From assembly GCF_036321535.1 (NCBI RefSeq), contig NC_087437.1, forward strand, positions 107,448,001 through 107,512,000: a DNA stretch of 64,000 bases, in the 5' to 3' direction. Shown here piece by piece: positions 24,991 through 38,242 of this stretch. Below the pieces are notes generated by a model. That model saw only the letters and a list, made by a program, of their open reading frames with translations. It ran no database searches and was not told the origin of the DNA. Numbering within the stretch: the stretch's first letter is position 1; each line of letters begins with the position of its first letter. The position numbers and the translations under genes were made by a program. Source of the stretch: Camelus dromedarius (Eukaryota).

Positions 24991-25149
24991 AAAATAAATC
25001 TGCTTACCTTTCAATTCCCTATCCTGTGCCTACCATATTAAGTCAACTCCTCATTTTAGTTATCAGTAGGTGACCATCTTGGTTTTGAAAAAATGACACT
25101 GATCATTCATATATTGTTTTTTTAACATTAAAAAAATACTCTACTAAAA

Positions 25150-25690
25150 ACTGACTACTCTGTTTTTACAGTTGTTTAGGCAAAAAACTAGAAGTCACCC
25201 TTGGCTCCTCTTTCATACTTCCCATTGAATCCATTAATATATTCTGTTGGTTCCACCTTCAAAACATTTCCAGAATTCAACCAATTCACAGCTAACATTC
25301 TGATCCAAGCCATCATCAGCTATCTCCTGAATTATTGAAATAGTCTCTTAACTGGTTTCTCTGCTTCCTGCTCTCCCCAGTAGAGTGTGTTCTATTCTGA
25401 CCAGAGCAATAAAGTAGCACAAAGATAAGGGGCTTCCCTTAATACTCCATTGAGAATTCCACTCCTTTCTCTGTTTCTCCCTTTTCTACTTTTCTGTTGT
25501 CCTTAACACTTATTATCATATAATCTACTATGTATTTTCTTTATATATTTTGTTTATTTTCTGGTTCTTCCAACAAGAGCCTCATCTCCACTACAGCAGG
25601 AATTTTGTCTGCTTTTTCATTGTTGTGAACATAGTCTCTATAACTTTCCCTATTGCAGAGTAGGTGTTTAACAATATATCAATGGATAAA
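25150..25690 (+). mobile_element. L2 3' region
   Basis: CAGTTGTTTAGGCAAAAAACTAGAAGTCACCCTTG; TCCACCTTCAAAACATTTCCAGAAT; TAGTCTCTTAACTGGTTTCTCTGCTTCC. Confidence 0.8.
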
Positions 25691-26383
25691 CATACTGCTT
25701 TTCAATTGATTTTATAGCTATTTGGACACATGCATTTTCTTTTCTTTTGGACCCTAAACAGTGGCTCTGTGTCTAAATGTTCCTTGGAATCCCAAACCTT
25801 CCCAAAGCTGTATCTTGTTCATAATTAGGTGTTCAATAAATACTTGTCCAATGAATAGAATGAATGTGCTTATAAAATACCACTCTACAACAAAATTCAA
25901 AACAGAATTTATATTTTGTTATTGTTAGTGTGATATCTCAGATATCGCTCTATATGGAGTAAGTCAATGTTTGGCAAACATGTATTTCTTGAAACTGAAC
26001 AGGATATTAAACTTTGGCATATCTCTCATGTGATTACATTGTTGGGCAGGCATACTTTAAAAATATTGTTATATAAAGTGCTTAAAAGAGAGGAGAAATT
26101 TTATGCACAAATATACTAAAGATCTTCAAGCATTTTATGTTAAAATAGGATACAAAATATACCTTAAAGTATATAAATATGTTTTAAGGTACTATATAAA
26201 ACATAATGAAAACATAGAAAACATACATACCACAAATGAAAATTGATTTTATGGTTGTATTTAAGACTTATATTCATATGAAAATTACACATACATATGT
26301 ATATACATAAAAACACACATATATACATACATACATATATATGCATGTGTATTTCTATGTTTCTTGATTTATGTCTCTATTTC

Positions 26384-26407
26384 TAGTTGTATTTATAAAT
26401 ACAACTA
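26384..26407. repeat. Perfect 24-bp palindrome
   Basis: TAGTTGTATTTATAAATACAACTA equals its own reverse complement. Confidence 0.97.
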
Positions 26408-27414
26408 AAGAAATCACACCCAAAGTCTTTGACAGAATTTCTTGGTGCTCTCAGCAGAATCCTCAGGTGACTGATTTTTTTCCCCATTTTAAACCAAATT
26501 CTTAACCGACAAGACTGTGCAGGTATATGCTAAAATGTCAACAAACTATCACAGCCTACCTTTGTTTGGTTTTATCACATTGACGTTTGCTTAGTAGAGT
26601 TTACCAGACCAAACTTTCTCTTTTTTTCAATTTTTTTTCCAATAATGATTGTATTCCTGATCTGAAACTTTTCTTCATAGCCATTTTTGTTGTTGTTGTC
26701 AATGAGACATGACTCATTTAAAGGAAAGAGTTGACGTATTCTTCTATTTTAACTGAATATTTCTCACTCAGTAGTGGGAGTCTACTTTATTTACTTACAC
26801 TTTTGTTTATAGTTGAAACTTACATTGGGTGGTCCTCTTAAATTTCAAGTGTAGCAGCACAACTGAATCATATACACATTACGTACATATAGAACATCGA
26901 AATATAATAGGACACAACTACCATTGTGTGTCACACCCTTGTTTTAAATAAGAGTTTCCTCTAAGATGGGGGAGGAAATATGTTAAAAATTTCCATGTGA
27001 TGTAAATGGTAAAATTACTTCAAATTCTTGCCAATTTTTCTAAGAATCTCATCAAATTTGGGTGGCTGATATTTCATAGTATGGCCAAGTGCTGATATAT
27101 GAAACACGTAGACATGGATGTGGAGGTTGAGAGAGTGATCAAAATGGCAACAATCTTCTTGGCATCTCAACCTCTTGTGCTGGTTGTGGGAATCCTCTAT
27201 GTGGAAGTCTTTTCCATTACCTCTCGTTTTGCATGTATAGATGTTATGAAAGATTCAAAGAGCAGTTATTACTTTTAAATAGTGACTACATGGCTATTGT
27301 TTCTCTTTAGAGGTGCTTTTCTCTCTGTATCTGCTCCTTGGTTGCTTGCTTTTTGCTTCTGCATTAACCTTTCTCTTAGTCTGGCAAGGATTTTTGTTAC
27401 CTCAAGAGAAACCA

Positions 27415-27640
27415 TATTGCAGTGGTTAAGAACGTGTACACAGGGTGGAACAGCTTGACTGTGACTCCCAAAAGCCTCCTGAGCTTATTTTGTCATCTTG
27501 GGAAGTTATTTGATTACTCTCTACCTTACTTTTATAACCCTCCCAAAGCATTAAAGAAGATTCATTGAGCTGAGTTTTGTAAAGTCCTTAGAGCATTGAC
27601 TTCTATAAGATGTGCTGTAGGAGGGTTTGTGATTACCACT
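27415..27640 (+). mobile_element. MIR SINE
   Basis: GCAGTGGTTAAGAACGTG ... CTTGGGAAGTTATTTGA ... TGTAAAGTCCTTAGAGCA. Confidence 0.6.
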
Positions 27641-28494
27641 CAGTTGTAGGAAGTGTAGGATGGAGCAGGTGGGAAAAGCACGCTGAGAGGTTAAGGGGAG
27701 TGGCTATGAAGGTTGCCGGCTGCACATCTTCAAGGAGACCTCACTATCATAGACCAAGATGAACGGCACTTGGAAGTAGGACACACACAACTTTGGTGTC
27801 CTGCAGTTTATGGGCTTTATACTCAGAAGCTGCTTTGAGAAGTGTTTTGGGTCATTATGTAAATATGCTCATGGGAACAGAAAGAGGGGGGACTGAAAAG
27901 ACTTGTGACAAAAATGGTAAAGGAAAATACTTTCATTGTGAAAAAACACACTAGGGACTATATAAATATAATCCATATTGTTAGTTGTTAAAATTCCCTT
28001 GGCCTCTGAGAATTGAAGGAAAAAAAATCCTCAGAGATCAGCTGTGATGTGGAAAGTTTTGTGGGAAAAGGCATCGGTGTGTTTGAATAGCTCATGTCTT
28101 TCTGAAACTCTGTACATGATTTATGCAAACGATAAAGCATAAACTGGAGTTAGGTGGATTCAGATTGCAGTCAGAATCTCTGCCAAGCCAAGCAGTAAGG
28201 AAATTCCAGAACTCTTCAATGTTCTGGCTTCATTCCATTGGAATATATTGAAAAATAACAGATAGCCTTCACTCTTAGAAGACAGTAACTTGGACATAAG
28301 TTGCCTTAATTGTTTAGAATAGCAATAGCTTTAGGGGGCTTAAATGCTCCTTTTGAATTTTTATTATCAAATCTTAAATTTATTTTTTTTACTATTATTA
28401 TTATAAGGTTGGCAAATAATTTTGTGTCTTTCCTTTTTAAATACTACAAGTCACCATCCTATTAACATGTTTTAATTAATCTCTTAGTGGCTTC

Positions 28495-28999
28495 TCTTTA
28501 CCTTGGATTTCCTCCATTCTACTAACCTAAAAGAGCCTAGAATAAAGACTTGAATGCAGCTTTTTTTTTTTTTTTTTTGCCTGTGACTGGGGAAAGCAAA
28601 AGGAAAGGAGGTGGGAAAGCCAAGCCAGGAGACAGTCTTGGGTTGAATTGATACCACTGTGTGCAGCTGGGCTTGGCTCCTGCCACGTCCTGCTGAGGTG
28701 CTCTTTAGAATGTGTCTTGGAATTGTCCACTCAAGTAACTGTCCACTAAGTTGCCCACTAAAGTAACAAAACATAAACTCATGGATATCTGTGTCCACTT
28801 ATCACATGTTGCCCCATATGGCATTAGCTAGCCTGTAAGCTGCGTCTTGCAAAGACCAAAGGTGGACGGCTTGCAATGCAGCCAAAATGAAGTGGGGCAA
28901 GATTGCATTCATACAAAATTGGTGTCTGCAGCAAAGGCTGGAGATAAAGGTGGCCCATATGGATACTGAATGGGCAGGGGGCAGGAGGTGTCTAGCACA
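28495..28999 (-). mobile_element. Old ERVL-type solo LTR (LTR16/33/41-like group; subfamily uncertain)
   Basis: Minus strand starts TGTGCTAGACACCTCCTG; AGAGCCTAGAATAAAGACTTGAATGCAG near the other end resembles ERVL LTR U5 antisense. Confidence 0.5.
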
Positions 29000-30420
29000 A
29001 ACTGCTCTACAGGGAGAAAGCAGGAAAATTATCATAATGCTCGAGTCATTTCATTTCGGCTTCATGCTGATCGAACTTGCTTACTAAACACAAAGAGTGA
29101 AACCCCAGCTATGTTGTGTGGACAGTTTTAGTACTTGAGAGCTTCTTCTCCAGGGGGATGGAAGATTTGCATTTGTTGACTCTTCCATCGTAAGATGAGG
29201 ACTTAATAAATGTGTTGTTTTATTACATTATTTTGTCTTCACAAAAAGTGCTCTGGGGTGGTTATTGTTTGGAAGGAACCTGAGGTTCAATGAACTTAAA
29301 TAACTTTTCAAAGTCCCTCTGTCACTCTACTTCTAAGTTGCAGACCACGCCCCCCCCCCTTTTGGTTATTATAGTCACACCAAACCACCTCCTACGCAGC
29401 TATCAGCCATGTTTCAGATGGAGAAGGTTATGTTACAATACCTCCTACAGAAGAAAAATACCACAGATTATAATAAAAGTATTGTAATGCTCATGAGCAG
29501 TTCTTTGAATTCTATTGCCTTTTCCCCTGGGCAATAGTTTCTTCCCAGCTTCAGCTCTACCAGTCTGTTCCTATCTGTGAAGAAATAGCCAAATCTCTTG
29601 TGTTTAAACATTATAGTTTTACTTCATTCTTTTAAATATCTGGTCTCTTTATATCTTTTATTTTTGAAGTCTCATTAGCTATAAGAAAAGTAAGTTTTTT
29701 CAAATACTCATTGCATACAATATAATTCACAAATCTAAATTTCAGAACAAAGCCTTTGTACAACTCTATTAAGGCCTCAAATTAAATTCCAAGTATGTTT
29801 CATTACATGTCAGCCAAGTGTTTTCTTCCTTATACTTCTTTATACAACTTTTTATAAAAGATAGAATCTCTAATTTCCCAGCTATTTTAACTAAACCTTA
29901 AATTAAGAATAATACACATTTTATATCATCATAAAAATAATTTATCATCTTAGTTTTGTTAAAAACAAGGGCAATTATATTATAATATTACTTAATTATC
30001 TTAAGTTCCCAGGGTTTTATGAGCTCATAAATTTTTGGCTATTTAGGTTACCTAAGAAATATCAAGAAATGATATTTTAGTTTTCTGCTAAAAATGAAAA
30101 ACGAAACAAAAAACTGGGAGCATTTCTGAGCTCCAAAACATAACAGCCATAAGAGTACGTATTTGGCAACTCAGCTCATAAAAAATTATTTTAAGAATTT
30201 AGTCTCTTCATGTTTTTTATAATGACGATTTCAGGGTGTCACACTCTTAACTTATTTTAGCTCTGTTCCTCGGTGCTTGGTGTTGAAGATATTAAATACA
30301 CCAAAAAAGTATGCCAGTGATTTGGACACAAAAATAATTACTGTATAATTTAATTGAAATAAGATATAACTGAGAATGATATTTTCTTCTCCTCTAAGAT
30401 ATTTTTTTTTTGTAGCTCAC

Positions 30421-31299
30421 TGTGATCCTGGCTCTCAAAAGTCAGACAGAGCCTGAGGCATAAATTTATGTCACTATTTTATTAGAGAGTGCCATCCAAG
30501 GATGTGAGAGGGAAGGAAAGAAGGCAGTGAAGAAGGGAGAACAAACAAGAGTGTCTCCCAGACGGCCACTGCTTGGATTAGGGACAAATTCTTGTTCTAT
30601 CTGCCAAGAAACCATACGAAATTCTGTCTCTCCAGACAGTCTGTGATGGGATGGGGGATGTTATGGAGTGAATGTGTTCACCCAAAATTCGTATGTTCAA
30701 ACTGTCCTCTTCAATGTGGTGGCATTAGGAGGTGGGACTGCAGAAGATAATAGAGATTAGAGAAGGTCATGAGGGTGATGTCCCCGTGATGGAACTAGTG
30801 CCCTAATAGGAGTCACAGGAGAGCTTGCTTCCCTCTCTGCTTTCTGCCATGTGAGGAAACAAGGAGGAGTCAGCAGTCTTTGATGAGGAAGAGGGCTCTC
30901 ACTTGGGCTCCATCATGCTGGCACCCTGATCTTGGACTTCCAGCCTCCAGACGGTGAAAAATAAATATTTGTTGATATCAGCCACCCAGTTCAGGGTATT
31001 TCCATTATGGTAGCCCAAATGGGCAAAAAGAGGAAAGAAAGGTATAGACTGTGGGTTCCCACATTCAGTTGGTCAGACTCACCTTCTAGGTATTACGTCC
31101 TCAGCACTTCCAGCAGAAGGAGAACAGGGGGTGTCAGCGCCCATAGAGTGTGATGCCCAAGGGTTGTGCCCTGGTCAGGTCATTGGTTAGTCACTGTGGC
31201 AAGAGCTGGACAAGCACCTCAGGGTTGGTCTCCACTGTAGAGGCTTAGGAGAAATAAGTGGGTAAAACACAGAGGAGGCAGAGGGGGTCTCGGTGTACA
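30421..31299 (-). mobile_element. Old ERVL LTR (LTR41-like), interrupted by MLT1A
   Basis: CAGAGCCTGAGGCATAAATTTATGTCACTATTTTATTAGAGAGTGCCATCC at the left; right end reads TGTACACCGAGACCCCCTCTGCC on the minus strand. Confidence 0.55.
30659..31031 (+). mobile_element. MLT1A-type MaLR solo LTR
   Basis: TGTTATGGAGTGAATGTGTTCACCCAAAATTCGTATGTT ... CATGCTGGCACCCTGATCTTGGACTTCCAGCCTCCAGA...AATAAAT. Confidence 0.92.
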
Positions 31300-31877
31300 G
31301 TAGAGGACTCTGATATGGTCAGGAAAGCTTCACATTGTATAACACTGTCTTAGCTAAGACAAAGCAAACTCATTTGGATAGTTTTGTAAAAATCTCTGAT
31401 TCACAAAAGCCTAATAATATTTAAACTTTAAAAGGCCCTGAATTTTTGGTGTTAAAAAGAAAAATAATTTCATCCCCTTCAAAGATAAGTAAATAATTTG
31501 CCCCTCCCCCTCAAAAAAATTGCTTCACCAAAAAAGTCAGTGCCATTGTATGTGTACATTGTAGAGCAGTGTTTTGGAAAAATAAGATATGATTGGAAAA
31601 CATTTTAGAGGTATCTGTAAAGAGGATTAATAAGCTAGAAAAGATATTTAAGGATTAAAATACTGTCTTTTTATTAATAAATGTGGCTACATAAAATTAA
31701 ATGTGTCGGGTATCTCAGATAACATTATTTAAAAGGCAAACAGAAAAAAAAAATCTTTGCAACAGATAAATTAGAAAATCTTTATTATCTTCATTATTTG
31801 TCATGCATAAAGAACTCCTTCAGTCAAAATGGAAAAATGATTCATTAAAAGTAGATGAAATCTATTAAAGACATCTA

Positions 31878-32145
31878 ATAATAACAACTAATTTTTATCG
31901 ATCATTTAGTTAAGTGCCCGTTCATGTTCTAAGTATTTTATGTGTATCAAAGATTTGAATCATTTCAACAACTCCACAAGATAGAGTCAATATTTTCCTC
32001 CAGTATTATAGAAACAACAGAAACTTCAGACACAAAGACACTAATTACCTGAAAGTCCCAGAACCAGTTTCTAGCAGAGCAGGGATTTGATCTATGACAT
32101 CTGGCTCCCCAAAGTCTATAATTAATATGCTACACTGCCTCTCTG
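31878..32145 (-). mobile_element. MIR SINE, near full length
   Basis: ATAATAACAACTAATTTTTATCGA...GTTCTAAGTATTTTA...GCAGAGCAGGGATTTGA...TCTGGCTCC...TATGCTACACTGCCTCT. Confidence 0.8.
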
Positions 32146-32499
32146 CAATTTGCCTTTTGACAGTTTACAAAAGAAGATACAGGCAGTAGAGTTAATGATT
32201 ACCAGAAAACTATGCTTTGACAATGCACCCTGAAGACAAATGTCTCCTAGCTTGCTTTCAACCATTTTCATTAAAAGTATTTAGTACCAGGAAAAGACCT
32301 CAACACCCAGAATCTCAGAAAAACCTTTTACGCAAGAATAGGGGAATACTGAGGATAATTGTGAAGGGGAGGTCAGGGGCTTCCATTTCTCATTCTCATC
32401 TGCCCCCACCCCACAACTATCACGACTCTGACCTTGGCTTCTTTCTGTTTTGTTCTTTCACTTTTCCCTGTCTTTTCCTCTTACTTCGGAGAGTGCATA

Positions 32500-32655
32500 T
32501 CTAGGTTCAAATCCTACTGCTGGTAATTGTGATCTGTATAGCCTTGGCCCATTTATTGACCTTTCTGAGCCATGGTTTCTCCTCTGCAAAAAGGGTACAT
32601 CATGCTGACCACACATTGTGAGGACTGCATGGGATTAAATATAGGAAGTGAGATA
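32500..32655 (+). mobile_element. MIR SINE
   Basis: GGTTCAAATCCT...CCTTTCTGAGCCATGGTTTCTCCTCTGCAAAAAGGG. Confidence 0.75.
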
Positions 32656-32719
32656 TGGACATATGAGCAGATGTGCAGACACATGCATATACACATCACG
32701 TCGTAATTCAGTTTTAAAC

Positions 32720-33175
32720 TCTTTCTCCACAATTCTCCCCCAAAGCCATAACTTTCAGAATAAAATCTGTGCTCATCCATCTCCACTTCTCCTTCCCTTA
32801 ACTCTACCTCCGGAGAACTCCCTGCCCTTCTTCTGATCTCATCATACCTTCTCATCCCTCTCTACCTGTGGAAGTAGTCCTCCTGCTTTCTTCTTGAATC
32901 ACTTCTAAATGTCATTTAAGGCTCCGCTCAAGGATGAATGCCTGTCCTCCTCTAGAAAATAATATGCTTCCCCCAGCACTGGACACTCCGCTCTTACCTA
33001 CCAATATTCTTCTATGCTCTCTTTTACACACTGCACACCACACTACACATTGCAACAATGAGTTCACATTCACTGTCTCACCAGAATGTGTCTCCATGTT
33101 GGTTTCTCTGATGGAACAGAGCACAGACATACAGTAGGCATTCAATAAATACTTGTGGACTGAATGAGCAAATAA
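32720..33175 (+). mobile_element. L2 3' region
   Basis: Ends ACAGTAGGCATTCAATAAATACTTGTGGACTGAATGA, an L2 3' terminus. Confidence 0.7.
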
Positions 33176-33824
33176 ATCTAGCTTAAGCTCAATATTAAAT
33201 TTGAAAAACAGACAACCAATAAAAGGAAGCTAAGAGGATGTTACTTAAAAAAATCACCCTTTCGTGTTTGTGTAATTAAGATTGGACCCTTCTCTTAGTT
33301 AGGCTATGTCATCTGTCATTTTGGCTTGAAAATACAGTTTTGTTGTTGCATGTTGATCCTGAACACTCTATGCTGGATTATTGATTGTGAAATAAGTGCG
33401 TGCATGAGAGAATGTTGTCTATATTCCAAGCTCATTGTTTATATTTTCTTTGCGAAAGCACAGTTGATGCAAAATTAGGTTTGCTGAATACAATCGTGAC
33501 ATATTTAAATAATGGTAAACTGAGAAAGAGAAGTGTTCACTTCCTTAGGCAGTTTTCTGTGTTTTTAATTGTTGATACTTAGAACCACAGGCAAAAAACT
33601 TCACAACTTACTACTAGGAATGAAAAGGAAACTGCCTATGTTTTAATAAAATGTCTGCCTAAGTTAATTTCTGACAGTAAACAAGTGTTCAGTTACATGT
33701 TAATAGCCTTTCACCCGATTCTCATGCCTCTAATTGATTGATCTTTTGAACGCTTTCTTTTTAATTCTTTTTAAATTTAAGAATATTGGGTTTTTTTCTG
33801 GTTACTTTTAAAAATCTTCCTTCC

Positions 33825-34530
33825 AATTCATTGCCCAGTTCAGGCGCTGCCTTTCTCACATGAACTATTATAGACATTTTTTAACTTCTCTCCCTGTCCT
33901 TAACATTTTCTGTTCTTTCCAATCTTTCCTCCATTTCTCCCCAAATATACATCCATTTCCCATAGAATTATTGTTCTGGACTCAGCAGCTCATTGTGGTA
34001 CATCCTACTCCCACCAGATCATAAAGCCTATGATAATTTTTTCTTGCTCATCCTCTTTCAACAAAGTCCAGGTTCAATGAAGTGGACGATCCTTTCCAGA
34101 ATCCAAGCCTAACCTTTGTAGTCATATCTCTGCCCACTCCTCTCACATATCTGCACTCAGTCTCTGATCATTCACAGTTATAGAATAATTTGTAATTTTG
34201 TTTATATTATTCTGTTTTCTTTTTCTTGCTGCCATGATTATATTCTTGTTATAAAATCTAATTCAAATGCTACCTTGTCTATAAAATGTTTCTATTTTCC
34301 ACAAATCAAAATTAATACACAAAATTCTTTGTGTATATTTCCATTGTTTGAATTTCTGTTACAGATTATCTTTAAATTGTTCACATATCTCTCCCTGATC
34401 TGGAATTGTGAATTCTTGGAAAATAGACTTTTATAGCTTTCATTTATTTTATCTAAATTCTGTAAAATTTAATAGCTATGTATGTATTATGTGTGTGTAT
34501 GTGTGTATCCAATAAATAAATTTTTACTGA
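33825..34530 (+). mobile_element. Degenerate L2 region
   Basis: TCTCACATGAACTATTATA...TTCTCTCCCTG; TTCAAATGCTACCTTGTCTATAAAA; GAATTGTGAATTCTTGGA. Confidence 0.5.
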
Positions 34531-37500
34531 TCGTATAAAATGTTCTTCAAAAATATTCAGAACAGTATGTCTACGTCAAGTTCTTAGGAAGCAACAAAAG
34601 TCTTCAAATAATCTACTTTCAGTGCACTAGGATTTCTTTTCTCCAGGTTCACAAGTAGCCTGTTAACAGTGGTGCTGGGGATCATGTGTGGAGGGCCAGG
34701 CTTATTCATCATGGACCATATGCTGTTATAAACCCTAGGATACAGATGAGGAAACTGAGGCTTGTAGGGATGAGTCCTGAAGCCAAGAATTTTGCTTAAG
34801 TGTTTGTTATCGGTGATGGGAAGTAGCTGGAGGAAGATATCTTTAAGAGTGAGCTCAAGAAGGCAGGGAGCCAATTACAACACCCAGATGGAGTAACCCC
34901 AGCCCTCACCCTGCCCCTTGCCAAAGTCATCTGCCTATTCCCCAGGGGGACTGTGGCCTCAGCTACCAGTCCACCAGCCCACTGGGGAGAAGAGATGCAA
35001 TAAGCGGCAACACTCACCACCATGTCTACAACCCAAGTCCCCTTCTCTACTTCCCTCCTGTGCCCGGTTATGTCCTACCCCACGAAGCTCATGGAACATC
35101 TTTCTTTTACATATATTTTCTCTTTTCCCCCTGTTTCTTGTTCTAAACAACAAAAAAAAATTCTAGAGACACTGTCCAATATTTCCTGATAAAAATCACA
35201 TATCTCCTGAAGCCTTCTTTTCTCTCAAGTTCTTCTACTTTTCTTTGTGAAACAATTAGATAAAATAAAGAAAGTAATGCATTCTGGATGCTGATCTGAA
35301 GTTAAGTATCTGGCAGTGTCTTTAACAGAGAAAGTCCTAGAAACGACCAAACACTTAACAACAAAAAAATTTATATATATACTTTATATATATATAATCA
35401 CATGATATATTTTTCCAGGCATTGTTTTTGGCACGTGGAGGGTTATTTAGGTCAATGAAATTCAAATCACTCCTACTCTTATTGAATGTTCTCCCTTCTT
35501 TCCTATAGCCTCTTGGTTCTTTGAGAAAGGGTTGCTGAAGGCATAAATACATAAATGTTCACAGAGATAAGGTAAACTTTCCACATGTTTGAAAGTTCTA
35601 GAAGCAGGGCCAAAATCCAGCTTACCCTTATTACCATTATTCAGATGTGATTAGTAAACTTCAAAATCAAGACTGGAAAGCTGGCCAAGTCTTCGCCCTT
35701 GGAAAACTCAAGGTACATTTAGACTTCAGAAAACAATGTGATTTCCAGAATATCTGGTCAATATTAAGAGAGCTAACTGATTTCAGTTCACTCAAGAATC
35801 ATATGAGGATAAAACATCCAGTTGGTGTAATTATTTTCTTTTCTTTCTATATATACGATGCCAGAATCCCTGCTTCTCCCAATCAGTCTTCACTGAATAA
35901 TTTGTTGATACAACCAAGGGATTTTAAGCTTTGGGGAGATATCTGAAGAAATTTTTAAAATCTGATGAAAACACAGGTTTTTTTTTTTTTTCAAATCTAT
36001 TTTAAGCTTAGTTAAGTGTTTGTTTCAAAAGAACAGAACTCAATATTTCTGTAGAATCATAAGAGAGTTTTGCTCTTTTGATTGTATTTTACTAAAATAA
36101 CAGTTGGTGCTGAAGGATACTAACTCTGAAAAAAGTCTGGATGAGACAAAAACCACCAAATCAACTACTACATCTACAGCTGTTGTTGGGGTGTTCTGCT
36201 ACTTTTACTTCCAAGACAAGATGTGATTTACCCTCAAATGTAGTTGAAAATGCACCATCTTTTCTATTTGGCTGTTTTCTTCACTCATCCAGCTCATTAA
36301 AGTAACTGTTTATAAATGATTGCACTTACCTATCCCTAACCCATTTTTGTTTTTGTTATTGTTATTTAGCTTTAAAACTGTCTCAATTTTTACACACGAT
36401 CATGTGCATTTAGGAAGAATACCTTGCATATTTTCACCAGCTTTCATTTATCATATTGACTTGTCAAATTCTATTTAGCAACATTTAAACCTTTACCTTG
36501 TTTCCTGAGAAAGAATGAAGAAATTGATTTGTTTTTCTGATCTGGAATAGAGATGATAATAATAATAATAGAGGCCTAGGGGAATAGGTTACCTATATTT
36601 CAAAGACTTTTAAAATTATTATGTTTATTCTACTTTATAATACAAAAGAAAGCCAATAAACAAAACCTGGTTTAAATGACTTGTGCTTCTTGACTCAGCT
36701 AAGTTAAATTTTTTTTAGCATCCCAAGTGACTTTCCAATGTGAACATCTAATTCTTTACAGAAGCTATAACACATGGATGGTAAGGACGGGCTGTAGCTT
36801 ACAGAGGCAAGTAAGTTAGTTGTTGGAGTTCTCAAGTGACTGCTACTGGATTTAAGGCTGCTTTAACTAGAGTCACTCAAAACATAAAGTTTCTCACCAT
36901 ATTTACCATCGAGAATATAAGCCATTGCAGTTCCTAAAGACCAGATCATTCTACTAAAAAAAAAAAGGAATACTATCACTACCTTTAGTTGGTTAAGAAA
37001 TGAATGTTTTCAATTACTGGACATTAATAATACAATTTGATCAGTCATATTTTCATTTTTATATACACTGGTTTCCACAAGTATTGAAGAAAATGCCTAT
37101 TAATTTATTAGAGAAATTCCCTCATCAAGATATTTTATGGACTGGTCTATATCTAAGTATTTGGTCCAAAGTATAAATATAAGTCTTCTTAAAATGACTC
37201 TACTCTCAAATAATTTTGTTTTCCAAGGTCATATCCTTTGGGTAATGACTAATTTTCTCCTGGTGATTAGTAATCAAAATTATGTGGATGGTGGTTCTCC
37301 ATGACTTTTTCTCCCACTGAATGAAACAACATATTTCAAAATAAGACTCTGGGACATTTGGTTCTTCTAAATCACATTTTTTCCCCAGTAAATAAAGCAG
37401 CTGATTCATGGACTCACATATTGTCATATTTCTATATAAAGTTATATAAAGTATTTCTAAGAAGAAATTGATAAAATGTCAACCAAATATCATTTGTTTA

Positions 37501-37934
37501 TTATCATTTTCTTTAAATGTCTAAATTGATTACAATTTGGAAAATTGTTTTTCAATGGTTTTGGCTATGTAAACATTAATCATTTGGGCATCTGTATCAA
37601 ACATCTGGACATTTGACTCAATTGCTTTCTTTCTTGATCCTGCTTTTATCCAGCTGTTTGGTGCAGGGAAGATATCATCTGTCAAACAGATCAAGTCTGC
37701 ATTCCTATCACTCTCTGCACATCTGTTTCTAAAATGACTTTTAGTCAGCTTCTACGTAGGCAGAAGCCAGTTTCTGGCTCTATTTTGAAATCTTGAGTTA
37801 ATTCGTAGTTAAGAAAAAGGAGCAAAAATAAACTTACTGGACAAGGAAATAATAATACACTTATAATGCATTCAATGCTTTCTTACTATGTCCCAGGCTT
37901 TACATCATGCAAGGATGGTCATGTATTGTGTGTT

Positions 37935-38030
37935 GTTATCTTGGCTTTGTGATTCATTAGCTATACTGGAAAAGTCACTTAACTTTTCTGGGTCTTGGTT
38001 CCCAAACTTACAAAATGTAAGGGTAACAGA
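37935..38030 (+). mobile_element. MIR fragment
   Basis: AAGTCACTTAACTTTTCTGGGTCTTGGTTCCC...ACAAAATG. Confidence 0.55.
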
Positions 38031-38044
38031 GTTCATTATTTCTT

Positions 38045-38242
38045 TAAATTGTGTTTAAAAAATAACATGAGATTTATCCTCTTAAGAAATCTTTAAGTTT
38101 ACAGTACAGTACTGTTAACAGTAAGCACAATGTATAGTGTTCTTAACTATAACTAAAACTATAAGCACAGCAGATCTCAAAAATTTTTTCATCTTGCATA
38201 AAGGAAACTCTATACTCATTGAAAAGCAGCTCTCTATTTCCC
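38045..38242 (-). mobile_element. L1MA-type 3' end fragment
   Basis: AACATGAGATTTATCCTCTTAA...TACAGTACAGTACTGTTAAC...CAGCAGATCTC...TTCATCTTGCATAA...AACTCTATAC. Confidence 0.8.

Noticed and set aside
26180..26350. TA/CA-rich stretch giving ORF 26164-26346
   Set aside because: Low-complexity decayed microsatellite; the translation is an artefact.
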